A stretch of DNA of 64,000 bases from an uncultured cyanobacterium (GTDB lineage Bacteria > Cyanobacteriota > Vampirovibrionia > Vampirovibrionales > JAGQHJ01): assembly GCA_937922745.1 (NCBI GenBank), contig CALAJO010000006.1:8095-72094 (forward strand). Reading direction: 5' to 3'. Below, in pieces: positions 39,189 to 49,371 of this stretch. The stretch's first letter is position 1. Every line of letters starts with the position of its first letter. The notes under the pieces are model-generated. The model had not been told where the DNA came from, ran no database searches, and worked only from the letters and a program-made list of their open reading frames with translations. The translations under genes were made by a program, and so were the position numbers.

Positions 39189-40223
39189 CTAGGGGTTTTT
39201 GAGATAGCGTTTGATGTAGTAGGTTTCCACCAGCAGGCCCAGGGTGATGGCGGCAGGCACCGCCAGAATGACGCCCGGCACACCCATGAGCAATCCGCCT
39301 GTCAGCAGGCTGATGAGGATCCAGAACGGATGGATGCCGACCGAGCGACCCAGAATGTAGGGGGAGAGGACGTAGCTTTCAATCTGCTGCACCACGAAAT
39401 AAACCAGCGCGGCCCAAAGCGCCATGGTGGGGCTTTGCCCAAGGGCAATTACGATGCCGAAGGTGGAAGCAACCAGCGGGCCGACAATCGGGATAATATC
39501 GAGCAAAAAGACAATGAGGCCCAGGATGAAGGCATAGGGAACCCCCACGATGGACAGGCCCAGCCAGGTAAGCCCCCCGGTCAGCAGCATTACGATAAAC
39601 TGGCCCCGAACGTATGTGCCTACGTTTAGCGCGGTTTCACGCAGCAGGCAGCGAACTTCCTCCTGCCGGGACTGCGGGATAAGGCGAAGGAAAACGGACT
39701 CGAAATAGGTGGCATCCGACAGCAGGTAGAAGGAGAAGATAAGGATGCTGAGCAGGCTGATGGCCGCGTGGAGGACAGTGAAAATGTAATTGAGGCCAAA
39801 CAGGGCCACGCTTACCACGCGGTTGGTAATATTGCCGATATAGTTCGAAAGGTTCGTTAACAGGGCGGGATCGGACTTGAGAAACGGGATATTATAAAGC
39901 CGCTCTGTCGCATTCTCAGCGTATTCCGGCAAACGCTCCAGGAATTGCTGCCCTTCCGTGTAAAGAACATTGCCCAGCATGGAAATAATGCCGGCGGATA
40001 TAAGGATGAGCAGCAGGTACACCATCAGGATGCTGAGCTTACGGGGCAGGCGCGTCGTGGTAATGCGGTTGGCAATGGGATATAACGCCGTGGCAAGCAG
40101 CAAGGCAATCAGCAACAGGATCACCGCTTCGCGGATCATGAAAAGAACCCAGCAAAGCAGCAAAAACCCAACAAAAAGCATAATGGTCTTAAACGAAATA
40201 CTGACCTGGTGATGGGTTTCCAA
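39189..40223 (-). CDS. AI-2E family transporter (UPF0118/PerM)
   Basis: Multi-TM protein; N-terminal LLIALLLATALYPI and overall topology match the AI-2E family. Confidence 0.75.
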   Translation of the reverse strand: METHHQVSISFKTIMLFVGFLLLCWVLFMIREAVILLLIALLLATALYPIANRITTTRLPRKLSILMVYLLLILISAGIISMLGNVLYTEGQQFLERLPEYAENATERLYNIPFLKSDPALLTNLSNYIGNITNRVVSVALFGLNYIFTVLHAAISLLSILIFSFYLLSDATYFESVFLRLIPQSRQEEVRCLLRETALNVGTYVRGQFIVMLLTGGLTWLGLSIVGVPYAFILGLIVFLLDIIPIVGPLVASTFGIVIALGQSPTMALWAALVYFVVQQIESYVLSPYILGRSVGIHPFWILISLLTGGLLMGVPGVILAVPAAITLGLLVETYYIKRYLKNP

Positions 40224-40688
40224 TCTATGCCCCTTTCAGTTTAACCGCAATGGTGAGTCGATTATGTCACAAAGCCATACCCATCGGAATTCATCCATCA
40301 GCTAGACCAGGCAGCGGGGTTGTATTTGGTTGCACCGCACAGGTGCAGGTGGGCTGTTGTGCAAACAGGGGGTCGATTATTCAGCTTACATTAAATGGCG
40401 CAAAAAAAGCGTTATTCGGAAATGCGTCCGTTAATCCATGATTCAAAAGAATCAAATTATGAATAACCGTAAATTTGTCTTGTGTCCAAAAAACCAGGCT
40501 GGATGGCGATTTAAGGCAATGTATACAAAGGTTAAGAAAATCGGTAGTCGAATTAAAGTTCCCTTTTTCCAAGTCGAATACCAAATCATAAGTTCTCACA
40601 CAATCAGTCTCGGAGCAGAGATAAACACTCAGACCAACAATCCCAAAGCTGTAGGTTATCAAAGAGAAAAGAAATAGGAGTACTGTAG

Positions 40689-40880
40689 ATGAAAAAGTTT
40701 CTGAATTCCAAAAAGCGTGGACAAGGTGTAATTGAGTACGCTGGCGCAATGATTGTAGCTGCACTGATTGTGGCCGCCGTACTGGTTGTAGGCCGCGACG
40801 GCATGACCAACGTATACAACAGCATCTTCGATGGCGTAGAGAACTTCTTCAATACGCAATCCAACGATCTGAGCAGCTAA
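40689..40880 (+). CDS. flp: Flp/Fap family pilin
   Basis: Flp motif RGQGVIEYAGAMIVAALIV (G-x-x-x-x-EY), followed by a hydrophobic helix. Confidence 0.75.
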   Translation: MKKFLNSKKRGQGVIEYAGAMIVAALIVAAVLVVGRDGMTNVYNSIFDGVENFFNTQSNDLSS

Positions 40881-40995
40881 TAACAATTAAAGGCTTACCG
40901 GCTAGAGAGGGGCAACCCTCTCTAGCCCCCTTTATACCCCTCTCAACAAATATGGGTTATTCCACACTTACAGTTATTCAGATGAGATAAGGCTT

Positions 40996-41472
40996 ATGCT
41001 GCGTAAAACCAAACGGTCTACACCCAAACAATCCGGCCAGGCTGCCATCGAACTCGTCATGTCCCTACTGCTATTTGTGATGATGGTTGGGACGCTTTTG
41101 AGTTTAAGCCTGTATATGTATGTCCATCATTCGTTCCTTACCGCGGCGAAGGAAGGCGCCAGGGCCGCCGCCGTGGAGGCCAGCCTGGCGAACGCAGGCA
41201 CTCGCCAAACCGGCGTTAATAATGTTGCCGATACCGTGGTTGATTTTGTTTCCGGCAGCACCGGGATTACGCTGAACCGGAATAGCAACGTTACTGTTAC
41301 CGGGCCAACGGGCGCCACTGTAGGAGACAGAACGGTGACTGTAACCGTTAACTATGCCTTTGACAATCCCATCCAGATTCGGACATTTATGAATCGTTTA
41401 TCCGGAGGATCCGCTGAGGACCTGGATAAACTTACCATAAGTCATACGGCAACCATGCGATATGAGGAGTAG
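40996..41472 (+). CDS. tadE: TadE-like pseudopilin
   Basis: GQAAIELVMSLLLFVMMVG, a TadE-type N-terminus. Confidence 0.7.
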   Translation: MLRKTKRSTPKQSGQAAIELVMSLLLFVMMVGTLLSLSLYMYVHHSFLTAAKEGARAAAVEASLANAGTRQTGVNNVADTVVDFVSGSTGITLNRNSNVTVTGPTGATVGDRTVTVTVNYAFDNPIQIRTFMNRLSGGSAEDLDKLTISHTATMRYEE

Positions 41473-41480
41473 AGTCACTT

Positions 41481-42545
41481 ATGAGTATGAAACCCGCCGC
41501 AGGCGGCCCCAGGCTGCGTCGCCTGAATATGGGGCAAATTTTTATTCTGCTGGCCGTTGTCAGTTTCGTCATCACCATCTTCGTTTTCAAAAGCATGATG
41601 GGTGGCAAACAGGAAGTGAAGGCCGAGAAGGTTGAAACCAGACCATTGGTCGTGGCCGCCCACCAGTTGTTTAGCGGCGAGGTCATTACCCCCGATAGCC
41701 TAAAGGAAATCGAGTGGCCGGTTGAGCATTACCCAAAAAGCAATGTGTACGACAGTGCCGATAAAGTGGTCGGTCGCGTCGTCAAGTCCAACATCTACGC
41801 CGGGCAACCCATTTACCAGCCCAGCCTTGCCGGTGGCGAATCCGACGGCGGCATGCCGGTCGTTATCCCACCGGGCCATCGCGCCATGACGATTCTCGTG
41901 ACCGAGAACAAGGGCGTTGGCGGTTTCGTGAAACCCGGCAACCGTGTGGATATTATTGGAACCTTCAAAATCGAGATTTCCGAAGCCAGCCAGGAAGCAT
42001 TGGCCAAGAAAAACGGCCCGCTGCTGGAAGAAAGCATTGACGTAACCCAAACCATTCTCCAAAACGTGCAGGTTCTGGCCATTGCGCAGGAAATGTACGA
42101 AAAGAAATCGGACATTGAAGCGGGCTTGCAAGGCGATCCGGAGAAGAAGAAGGAAGCCGGCAACAAAAAAGATGCCGACCCGGAAGTGACCAAGGCCAAG
42201 GTGGTTTCCTCCGTAACCCTGGCGGTGACCCCGGAGCAAGCCGAAAAACTGGCCTTCGCCGATACCAAGGGCGACCTGAGACTGGCCCTTCGTCCGGAGA
42301 ACGAGGATGAAGAAAAGCAACTGCTTGGCGCCTTCAGTGCGGATGTGGTTCCTCTGCAAAATATCTTCGAAAAGGTGAACCAGATTGCCAGCGGCTTTGA
42401 CCCCGGTATGTTCAACGATCCCCCGCCAATACCGGAGCCGGTCGGCAAGCAGATGGCGTCTGCCCCGCCCCTTATGCCGGATCCCTCGCCGGGACGAACG
42501 GTTGAAGTGATTGAGGGCGTCAGTAAAAGCTCCGTCGGATTCTAA
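41481..42545 (+). CDS. cpaB: Flp pilus assembly protein CpaB/RcpC (SAF domain)
   Basis: N-terminal TM helix, an SAF-like region (AAHQLFSGEVIT) and the RcpC family core (GHRAMTI ... PGNRVDII). Confidence 0.8.
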   Translation: MSMKPAAGGPRLRRLNMGQIFILLAVVSFVITIFVFKSMMGGKQEVKAEKVETRPLVVAAHQLFSGEVITPDSLKEIEWPVEHYPKSNVYDSADKVVGRVVKSNIYAGQPIYQPSLAGGESDGGMPVVIPPGHRAMTILVTENKGVGGFVKPGNRVDIIGTFKIEISEASQEALAKKNGPLLEESIDVTQTILQNVQVLAIAQEMYEKKSDIEAGLQGDPEKKKEAGNKKDADPEVTKAKVVSSVTLAVTPEQAEKLAFADTKGDLRLALRPENEDEEKQLLGAFSADVVPLQNIFEKVNQIASGFDPGMFNDPPPIPEPVGKQMASAPPLMPDPSPGRTVEVIEGVSKSSVGF

Positions 42546-42553
42546 ACCATCTA

Positions 42554-42588
42554 AGAGAGGTCTCGCAAGAGACCTCTCTTTTCGTTTA
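42554..42588 (+). terminator. Rho-independent terminator after cpaB
   Basis: agagaggtctc-gcaa-gagacctctct followed by tttcgttt. Confidence 0.6.
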
Positions 42589-42596
42589 AAGCCGTT

Positions 42597-42832
42597 TCTC
42601 CCACCCTAGCCCTCTCCCGTGCAACGGGAGAGGGAATAGATCTGGATTGCCGCCACAACTGGGCGCTTTACCTTGAACTTTGTCAAGGCAGATTGATTTG
42701 CAACCTGGCTGATGAAGCCCCTCACCCTAGCCTCGACAGAGCTTGTTGGGTCGTTCTCAGCCAACCAGAGTTCCAAGGTAATAGCGACTGTCCCCTCTCC
42801 CGCTCGCGGGGGAGGGCTAGGGTGGGGGTTAG
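42597..42832. mobile_element. MITE-like element: two ~35 bp imperfect terminal inverted repeats, each a hairpin, flanking ~150 bp
   Basis: Left arm cccaccctagccctctcccgtgcaacgggagaggg. Right arm cccctctcccgctcgcgggggagggctagggtggg, which is the reverse complement of the left arm. An internal partial copy, caccctagcctcgac, lies at ~42720. Confidence 0.45.
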
Positions 42833-43004
42833 CTCCAGTAAACACTACAAAACGAACCGGATCTTATTGGCAAAATTCAACAAACCAGCAAAATCTGAAA
42901 AGAAATAAAATCAACCATTTAGACCCTCTTGATTTGAAAAGAAGAAATTATACTTTAGATATTCCCCAACTGGATACTTATGTTACGAGGAGAGTTGCGT
43001 CCGC

Positions 43005-45461
43005 ATGAATAAACGTTTTATCGCTTTAGCCCTCAGCCTGGTGCTGTCCGGTGGATCGACCGTGACACCGTATGTCTTTGCCGCAACGGCAAAAGCCCCT
43101 GTTCTTAAAACCGCTGTTTCCCAGGATGTCAGCCACGTGGAGCTGACCTTGGGGAAGGCCCAGATCATCAAGCTCAACATGCCCGCAACCCGCGTGTCCA
43201 TCAGCGACCCGGAAGTGGTGGGGATCGTCCTGATCAGCCCGACTGAAGTGCAGTTGATCGGGAAGTCCGTTGGGGTGGCCAACCTGTTGGTATGGGGCGA
43301 AAAAACCGGCGACAACTACCTCACCATCGATCTCTCCGTCCATCGCGACGTCTCCGTGCTGGCGCGTAAGATCCAGATGATTGACCCCGGCATTAACATT
43401 ATGCCCATGGCGGCAGAAGATGCCGTGATCCTCACCGGCGTTGCCGAATCCAACGAAAAAGCGCAACTGGCCTACGATTTAGCCAAAGCCTTCTTTACGG
43501 ATGACAAGGCCGCCGCGGCGGGCGGTGATACCGGCGGTAGTTCCAACTCCCCGGGAAGCGCCACGTTTGCGGGCACATCGGCTAAAATCATCAACCTCAT
43601 CCGCGTGATGGGCCAGCCCTCCACCAAGGCGGAAATGGTCCAGAAGCAGTTGAGCGAAATTGACGCCAATATCAAACTTAACGTCGTTCCCGGCTTTGGC
43701 GGCAAGGAAAAAGCCATCCTCAGCGGACGCGTCAAGAATGCATCTGCGGTGTCCAAGGCGGTGAACCTGACCAGCATCTTCTACGGCGCGCCTGGTATTA
43801 AGGTGATTACCGGCCCTGGCGGCAACCTCATCGGCGAGCAGCGGGAGCAGGCGGCTTCGCAAAGCTTTGCCACCGATGCGGCTGGCGGCGGCCTGGTGGG
43901 CAATATGAACAATAACGTGCTGCAAGGCTCCATCATTACCGATACGTCCGGCAACGTGGTGAGCATGCTGGAAGTGGAGGAGCGCCCACAGGTCAAATGC
44001 ACCATCAAGTTTATGGAAGTCCGCAAGGATAGCGGGTTTAACTATGCCTCCGGGTTCCAGTACAACCAGGGCCAGTTGAGCCTCAACTCCTTTACCGGTT
44101 CAACGGCCGTTCCCGGCACGGAGGCCGCAACCTTCCGCATCCTGGGCAACGACTTGGGCATTGCATTGCAAGGTCTGGTCAGCCAGGGCAAGGCCCGTAT
44201 CCTTGCAGAGCCCACGATTACCGCGATCAGCGGAGAGCCGGCAACCTTCCTGGCCGGCGGGGAGTTCCCAATCCCGGTTTCCAACGTCAATGGGCAGGTC
44301 AACGTGGCCTTTAAGGAGTTTGGTATCCGCCTCAACCTGATGGCGACCGTGACCGATCGCGGCACCATTCATATGCAGGTCAGCCCGGAGGTCAGCTCGC
44401 TGGATCCGTCCGCGGGGATTGTCGTTACCGGCTTTGCCATCCCCGGCCTGAGATCGCGCAAGAGCCAGACCGTGGTGGAGATGCAGAACGGCCAGAACTT
44501 CGTGTTGAGCGGCCTGTATAACGAGGACATGACCAACCAGCTCAACAAGACGCCGCTGCTGGGCCAGATCCCGATTATCGGCGCCCTCTTCAGAAGCCAG
44601 GCGTACCGGAATGCCGAGACCGAGATGGTGATCGTCATCCACCCTGAAATTGTGTCCGATATGAACATGAGCGCCGTCGAGGCCGCCACACGGGCTGCGC
44701 AGGCCGCGCCGCAAAGTATGCCGGTGGTCAGCTCGGTCAATACCATCAGCACCATCCAGCCGATGAAGACCACCGCCGGGTTCCCGGAAGTGACAGATAA
44801 GCCCTCCAGGGACTTGGAGAAAGCCCAGAAGCAGATTGATGCCCAGCAGAAGAACCTGACGGCCAAAGACGTGAAAAAGCAGCAGAAGGAGATGATAAAG
44901 CTCTCCGAGACGCTGGAAAAAGGCAAAGACAGCGTGAAGAAGCATGACAAGCCGGTATCCAACATCTCCGCTGCGGATGATGTGAAGGATGCTTCGACCA
45001 CTGTGCAGAAAGCGGCTGACACGCAAGCGCCCCAGGTTTTCCTGGCGCAGCAGGCCTCGCAGGAAGCCCGTCTGAAAAGCACGGAAGACTTGTCGAAGCT
45101 GATTCGCGAGATGGAAGCCCCGGTGGCGATTGAAGCCCCGGACGATGAGCCGCAGTATGTCCCTAAAACCGAGGCCCCGGCCCAACCGAGCGGCATAAAG
45201 GAAAACCCGCCTGCCGCCGCACCGGCTGCAACCACTAAGCCGGAACCGGCCAAGCAGACGATAAATGAGGCGAATGCTCCGGCATCCGCGCAAAAAAACG
45301 ATAAGCCGGCCATCAAGGCAAAGCAAGTTAAGCGGAACACGCCCCAGCGGGTAAGCCGCCGGTACGTTGCCCCGCAAACCCCTCAGAAAGCGGTTGCCCG
45401 CGAGAGCGTCCAGCAGATTCACAAGGCCGTATCCAGCCTGCTTAGCCTGGAACAGTTCTAG
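43005..45461 (+). CDS. cpaC: Flp pilus secretin CpaC/RcpA with a ~260 aa low-complexity C-terminal extension
   Basis: Signal peptide, BON/pilus-N region, and secretin domain (ILAEPTITAISGEPATFLAGGEFPIP ... TPLLGQIPIIGALFRS). The tail is K/A/P/Q-rich. Confidence 0.85.
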   Translation: MNKRFIALALSLVLSGGSTVTPYVFAATAKAPVLKTAVSQDVSHVELTLGKAQIIKLNMPATRVSISDPEVVGIVLISPTEVQLIGKSVGVANLLVWGEKTGDNYLTIDLSVHRDVSVLARKIQMIDPGINIMPMAAEDAVILTGVAESNEKAQLAYDLAKAFFTDDKAAAAGGDTGGSSNSPGSATFAGTSAKIINLIRVMGQPSTKAEMVQKQLSEIDANIKLNVVPGFGGKEKAILSGRVKNASAVSKAVNLTSIFYGAPGIKVITGPGGNLIGEQREQAASQSFATDAAGGGLVGNMNNNVLQGSIITDTSGNVVSMLEVEERPQVKCTIKFMEVRKDSGFNYASGFQYNQGQLSLNSFTGSTAVPGTEAATFRILGNDLGIALQGLVSQGKARILAEPTITAISGEPATFLAGGEFPIPVSNVNGQVNVAFKEFGIRLNLMATVTDRGTIHMQVSPEVSSLDPSAGIVVTGFAIPGLRSRKSQTVVEMQNGQNFVLSGLYNEDMTNQLNKTPLLGQIPIIGALFRSQAYRNAETEMVIVIHPEIVSDMNMSAVEAATRAAQAAPQSMPVVSSVNTISTIQPMKTTAGFPEVTDKPSRDLEKAQKQIDAQQKNLTAKDVKKQQKEMIKLSETLEKGKDSVKKHDKPVSNISAADDVKDASTTVQKAADTQAPQVFLAQQASQEARLKSTEDLSKLIREMEAPVAIEAPDDEPQYVPKTEAPAQPSGIKENPPAAAPAATTKPEPAKQTINEANAPASAQKNDKPAIKAKQVKRNTPQRVSRRYVAPQTPQKAVARESVQQIHKAVSSLLSLEQF

Positions 45462-45510
45462 GACGGGCATCCTGGAGATAACTGAACCCGGATTGAACCG
45501 ATATATCCCC

Positions 45511-45539
45511 CGATGTTGCAGGCATTGCCTGCAACATCG
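45511..45539. promoter_or_regulatory. 29 bp near-perfect palindrome between cpaC and cpaE
   Basis: cgatgttgcaggca-t-tgcctgcaacatcg. No U-tail, so not a classical intrinsic terminator. Confidence 0.4.
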
Positions 45540-45732
45540 CGTATCCGGGTTAAAAACAAACCGGATGAAGGATTTGTTTCATCACATTCGTAAAGAAACT
45601 CCAATATCTGCCGACAACCACTGTAATTGAGGAAGTAGAAAACCTAATCCTGTAAGGGACAGCCGTGAATCACTTTTCGTGGACGACACACAACGATAAA
45701 AGGAATTTAAAACCCATGGTGAGGAAAGGGGC

Positions 45733-46977
45733 ATGAATACGCTGAAGGTTATTGCCGTTGCCAGTTCCGAGGAAACGCGTGTCAAGCTGACCAAGCAACT
45801 GCAACAGTACAACTTTTTGGAATTTGACGGTGTGGTATTGGAGTTATCCGATGCTCAGCAGCTCTGGCAGAAACAAAAGCCGGATCTCCTGATCATTGAC
45901 CTGACCGGACGTGAGCTGGACGCCTGCCTGTTTATCGAAGTCATCAACTATAACGTCGAGAGCAAGACCATCGTTTTCGGCCTGCACAAGGAGCTGGATC
46001 CCAATATCATCGTCAAGGCCGTATCCAGCGGGGTCAAGGAGTTCATCCAGTATCCCAACGACCCTGATGCCCTGGGCAACGCGTTAGAGAAGCAATGGAA
46101 GTTCCTGCAAAAGCTGGCCTCCTCCCAAAAAGGGGAAGCCGACACGAAGGGTAAGGTTTACCCGGTTTTCGGGAGCAAGGGCGGCGTTGGCGCCTCCACG
46201 GTGGCCGTTAACCTGGCCCACCAGCTTCGCATGATAACCCGTAAACCCGTTGTCCTGTTTGATATGGACCAAGTGTTCGGCAACACCGCCGTCATGCTCA
46301 ACTTTAAGGCCAGTTACGCCATCTCTGACCTGGTTTCCGAAAAGCCGGACGAGATTGACGATGAAGTGCTAAAGAAGATTGTTGTCCACCACGAAACCGG
46401 CATCGACCTGGTGGTGGCCTGTAAAAGCGTGCTGGACGAAAACCCGCTGATTCCGCCGGAACTGCTGGAGCGGGTGATGACCTACCTGAAAGAGAATTAC
46501 AGCTACGTGGTGATTGATTTGCCCACCCACGTGGTCGATCCGTACCATCAGTACTTTATGGAAAACGCGGATGACATCCTGCTGGTGTCCTCGCTGGATA
46601 TTCCCGGCCTGTACCGCACGCGGCAATACCTGGAGCTGGTGAAGCGCCACCTGGATATGAACAAGGTCAAGCTCATCCTTAACCGCTTCGACTTGAAAGC
46701 GGCCGTGGGCCTGTCCAACGAGAACATCGAAGAAGAGTTTAAATACCCCATTTATGCCCGCTTGCCCAATAACTGGTCCCTCAACGTGGAGGCGATGAGT
46801 TTGGGGCAAGCTTTGGGCACCGTGTCTCCCACGGCGGACCTGGTGAAAGGCTTCCAGGCGCTGGCCTCCAAACTAACCGGGATAACGGAGAGCGCGCAAA
46901 ATGGGAAACCGGCTGCCAAACCAAGCGGCGGCCTGCTGGAACGGTTAACGAAGCGAGGAAGTAGCGCATGTCACTAG
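45733..46977 (+). CDS. cpaE: CpaE/TadZ: receiver-like N-domain plus ParA/MinD-type ATPase
   Basis: Deviant Walker A GSKGGVGAST and a REC-like N-terminus. Confidence 0.8.
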   Translation: MNTLKVIAVASSEETRVKLTKQLQQYNFLEFDGVVLELSDAQQLWQKQKPDLLIIDLTGRELDACLFIEVINYNVESKTIVFGLHKELDPNIIVKAVSSGVKEFIQYPNDPDALGNALEKQWKFLQKLASSQKGEADTKGKVYPVFGSKGGVGASTVAVNLAHQLRMITRKPVVLFDMDQVFGNTAVMLNFKASYAISDLVSEKPDEIDDEVLKKIVVHHETGIDLVVACKSVLDENPLIPPELLERVMTYLKENYSYVVIDLPTHVVDPYHQYFMENADDILLVSSLDIPGLYRTRQYLELVKRHLDMNKVKLILNRFDLKAAVGLSNENIEEEFKYPIYARLPNNWSLNVEAMSLGQALGTVSPTADLVKGFQALASKLTGITESAQNGKPAAKPSGGLLERLTKRGSSACH

Positions 46978-48395
46978 CAAGGCAAGGCGGCGGCTGGGGC
47001 GCATTTAAAAAGCCGACAGACCCGCCGGAGAATGGTAACAAGCCGGAAGGCGAGCAGCCAGCAGCAGGCAGCACACCGCCACCCCCTCGAAAAGAGCAAT
47101 CCGCCACGGCAATGGCCGTCAAGTCCGACAAGGAACATGAGTCGGAACAATTGCGCGTTAAAATCCACAAGCGACTGATCGAGGAAATGGACACGTCGCA
47201 GCTCAGCGACATTAACCCCACCGAGCTGCGCAAACAGATTCGCCAGGCCGTTAACGAACTGTTGATGGAAGAAAGCGCCCTGCTGACCCAGGCCGAGCGT
47301 GAGCGCCTGGTGGATGAAATCCTGGATGAAACCATGGGCCTTGGCCCGCTGGAGCCTCTTCTTAGGGACAAGACCATTAGCGAAGTGATGGTGAACGGCG
47401 CCAAGCACGTTTACGTGGAGCGCAAGGGGAAACTGACCCTGACCGACGTCCAGTTTAAGGACGACGCCCATTTGCTCCAGATTATCGACCGGATTGTGTC
47501 CCGCATCGGCCGGCGTGTCGATGAAAGCACCCCTCTTTGCGATGCCCGCTTGCAGGACGGATCACGGGTTAACGTTATTATCCCGCCCCTGGCCATTGAT
47601 GGGCCGGCGCTCACCATCCGTAAGTTCTCGGCGGATCCGTATACCGTGCAGGACTTGATCAATTTCGGATCGTTATCCAACATGGCCGCTGAATTATTGC
47701 GGGCCTGCGTTTTTGCCCACCTCAACATCGTTATCTCCGGCGGTACCGGCTCCGGTAAAACCACGCTGCTCAACGTCGTTTCCAGCTTCATCCCCAACGA
47801 TGAGCGGATCGTGACGATTGAGGACGCGGCGGAACTGCAACTGCAACAGGAGCATGTGGTGCGGCTGGAAACCCGCCCGCCCAATATCGAGGGCAAAGGG
47901 GCCATCACCATGCGCGATCTTGTGAAGAACTCCCTGCGGATGCGCCCGGAACGCATCGTTGTGGGTGAGGTCCGTGCCGGGGAAGCCCTGGATATGTTAC
48001 AGGCTATGAACACCGGCCACGACGGATCCTTGACCACGCTTCACGCGAATACCCCGCGAGATGCCATCCGACGGATGGAAACCCTCGTGATGATGGCAGG
48101 CTTTGACCTGCCGCAGCGCGCCATCCGCGAGCAGATTGCGTCCGCAATAGACCTGATTATCCAGGCCAGCCGCCTGAGCGACGGAAGCCGTAAAGTCACC
48201 AGCATCACCGAGATTGTGGGGATGGAAGGCGACGTGGTGCTGATGCAGGACATCTTCCTGTTTAAGCAGGAGGGCGTGGACGAAAACGGCAAAATTGTCG
48301 GCGAGTTTAAATACACCGGCGTGCGCCCCAAGTTTCTCGACCGCATTATCGCGTCCGGGGCGAAGCTGGATCTCAGCATGTTTGAAACCTTTTAA
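46968..48395 (+). CDS. cpaF: CpaF/TadA secretion ATPase
   Basis: Walker A GGTGSGKTT, Asp and His boxes, and the VirB11/PilB-like fold motifs. Confidence 0.9.
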   Translation: MSLARQGGGWGAFKKPTDPPENGNKPEGEQPAAGSTPPPPRKEQSATAMAVKSDKEHESEQLRVKIHKRLIEEMDTSQLSDINPTELRKQIRQAVNELLMEESALLTQAERERLVDEILDETMGLGPLEPLLRDKTISEVMVNGAKHVYVERKGKLTLTDVQFKDDAHLLQIIDRIVSRIGRRVDESTPLCDARLQDGSRVNVIIPPLAIDGPALTIRKFSADPYTVQDLINFGSLSNMAAELLRACVFAHLNIVISGGTGSGKTTLLNVVSSFIPNDERIVTIEDAAELQLQQEHVVRLETRPPNIEGKGAITMRDLVKNSLRMRPERIVVGEVRAGEALDMLQAMNTGHDGSLTTLHANTPRDAIRRMETLVMMAGFDLPQRAIREQIASAIDLIIQASRLSDGSRKVTSITEIVGMEGDVVLMQDIFLFKQEGVDENGKIVGEFKYTGVRPKFLDRIIASGAKLDLSMFETF

Positions 48396-48425
48396 AGCAC
48401 ACCAGTTGGAGGCGGCGTTTCTGCT

Positions 48426-49367
48426 ATGGAGTTGATCTATATACTGCCAATTATCCCCATCGCCCTTATCTTCGCCGGGATTTACTTCACCTTTTTCGCG
48501 AAGAAGGACCAGGCCAGGGAGTTTGTACACCAGTTATTCAACGAGGATGACCGCTCGGAACAGATGAAACGGTTGCAGCAGCAACACTTCATCCTCAAGA
48601 AAAAACGCAAGGACCAGAGCCCGTTCATCCAACGGCTGGATATGGATCTTGAGCGCGCCAACCTGATGATTAAGCCCAACGAGTTCTTGATGATCGGCCT
48701 TGGAACGGCATTCCTAGGCTTTGTTATCGTCTTTTTGCTGGGCAAGGGCATCTTCTTCTCGGTGCTGGGCGCCATTGGCGGCCTTTTGCTACCGAAGCTG
48801 TTTTTAATGGTCAAGATTATGCTCCGCATGAACAAGGCGCGTCGCCAGTTTGCCGACGTGCTGGACACGCTGGTGAGCTGCTTCAAGTCCGGTTACGGGT
48901 TTACCCGCGCCGTGCAGGTCGTCTCGGAGAACTTTGACGACCCCTGGTCCACCGAGCTGGGCAAGGTGGCAACGGAAATGAACTTCGGCTCCACGCAGGA
49001 GGATGCGCTGATGGGCCTTGCCAAGCGCATTCCAAACGCGGATGTGGCCCTGTTCGTCACCGCCGTCCTCATCCAAAAGGAAACCGGGGGTAACTTGGCC
49101 GAGCTGCTGACCAACCTGAGCAAAACCATTCGGGAGCGCTATAAGCTGCTAAGCAAGGTTAGCGCCCTCTCCGCGCAGGGCAAGCTCTCCGCTGTCATCG
49201 TGTTCCTGATCCCGTTTGGCCTGGCCGGCACGTTTACGCTGATTATGCCGGATATGATGGCCCAGTTCGTGAAAAATCCCATTGGGATTGCATTAATCGT
49301 CTTTGCTTGTGTGATGCAGCTGATCGGCGGGCTCGTCCTCAAGAAAATCGTGACGCTGGAGGTATAG
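48426..49367 (+). CDS. tadB: TadB inner-membrane platform protein (T2SSF domain)
   Basis: T2SSF-like region, TM helices and position in the locus. Confidence 0.75.
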   Translation: MELIYILPIIPIALIFAGIYFTFFAKKDQAREFVHQLFNEDDRSEQMKRLQQQHFILKKKRKDQSPFIQRLDMDLERANLMIKPNEFLMIGLGTAFLGFVIVFLLGKGIFFSVLGAIGGLLLPKLFLMVKIMLRMNKARRQFADVLDTLVSCFKSGYGFTRAVQVVSENFDDPWSTELGKVATEMNFGSTQEDALMGLAKRIPNADVALFVTAVLIQKETGGNLAELLTNLSKTIRERYKLLSKVSALSAQGKLSAVIVFLIPFGLAGTFTLIMPDMMAQFVKNPIGIALIVFACVMQLIGGLVLKKIVTLEV

Positions 49368-49371
49368 CCCC

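Noticed and set aside
40381-40886. Three overlapping minus-strand ORFs across the flp region
   Set aside because: They overlap the Flp pilin gene and its AT-rich upstream region. The plus-strand flp ORF has the diagnostic motif; these do not.
44100-45470. 456 aa and 323 aa minus-strand ORFs
   Set aside because: Antisense to the cpaC secretin and of low complexity; artefacts of high GC.
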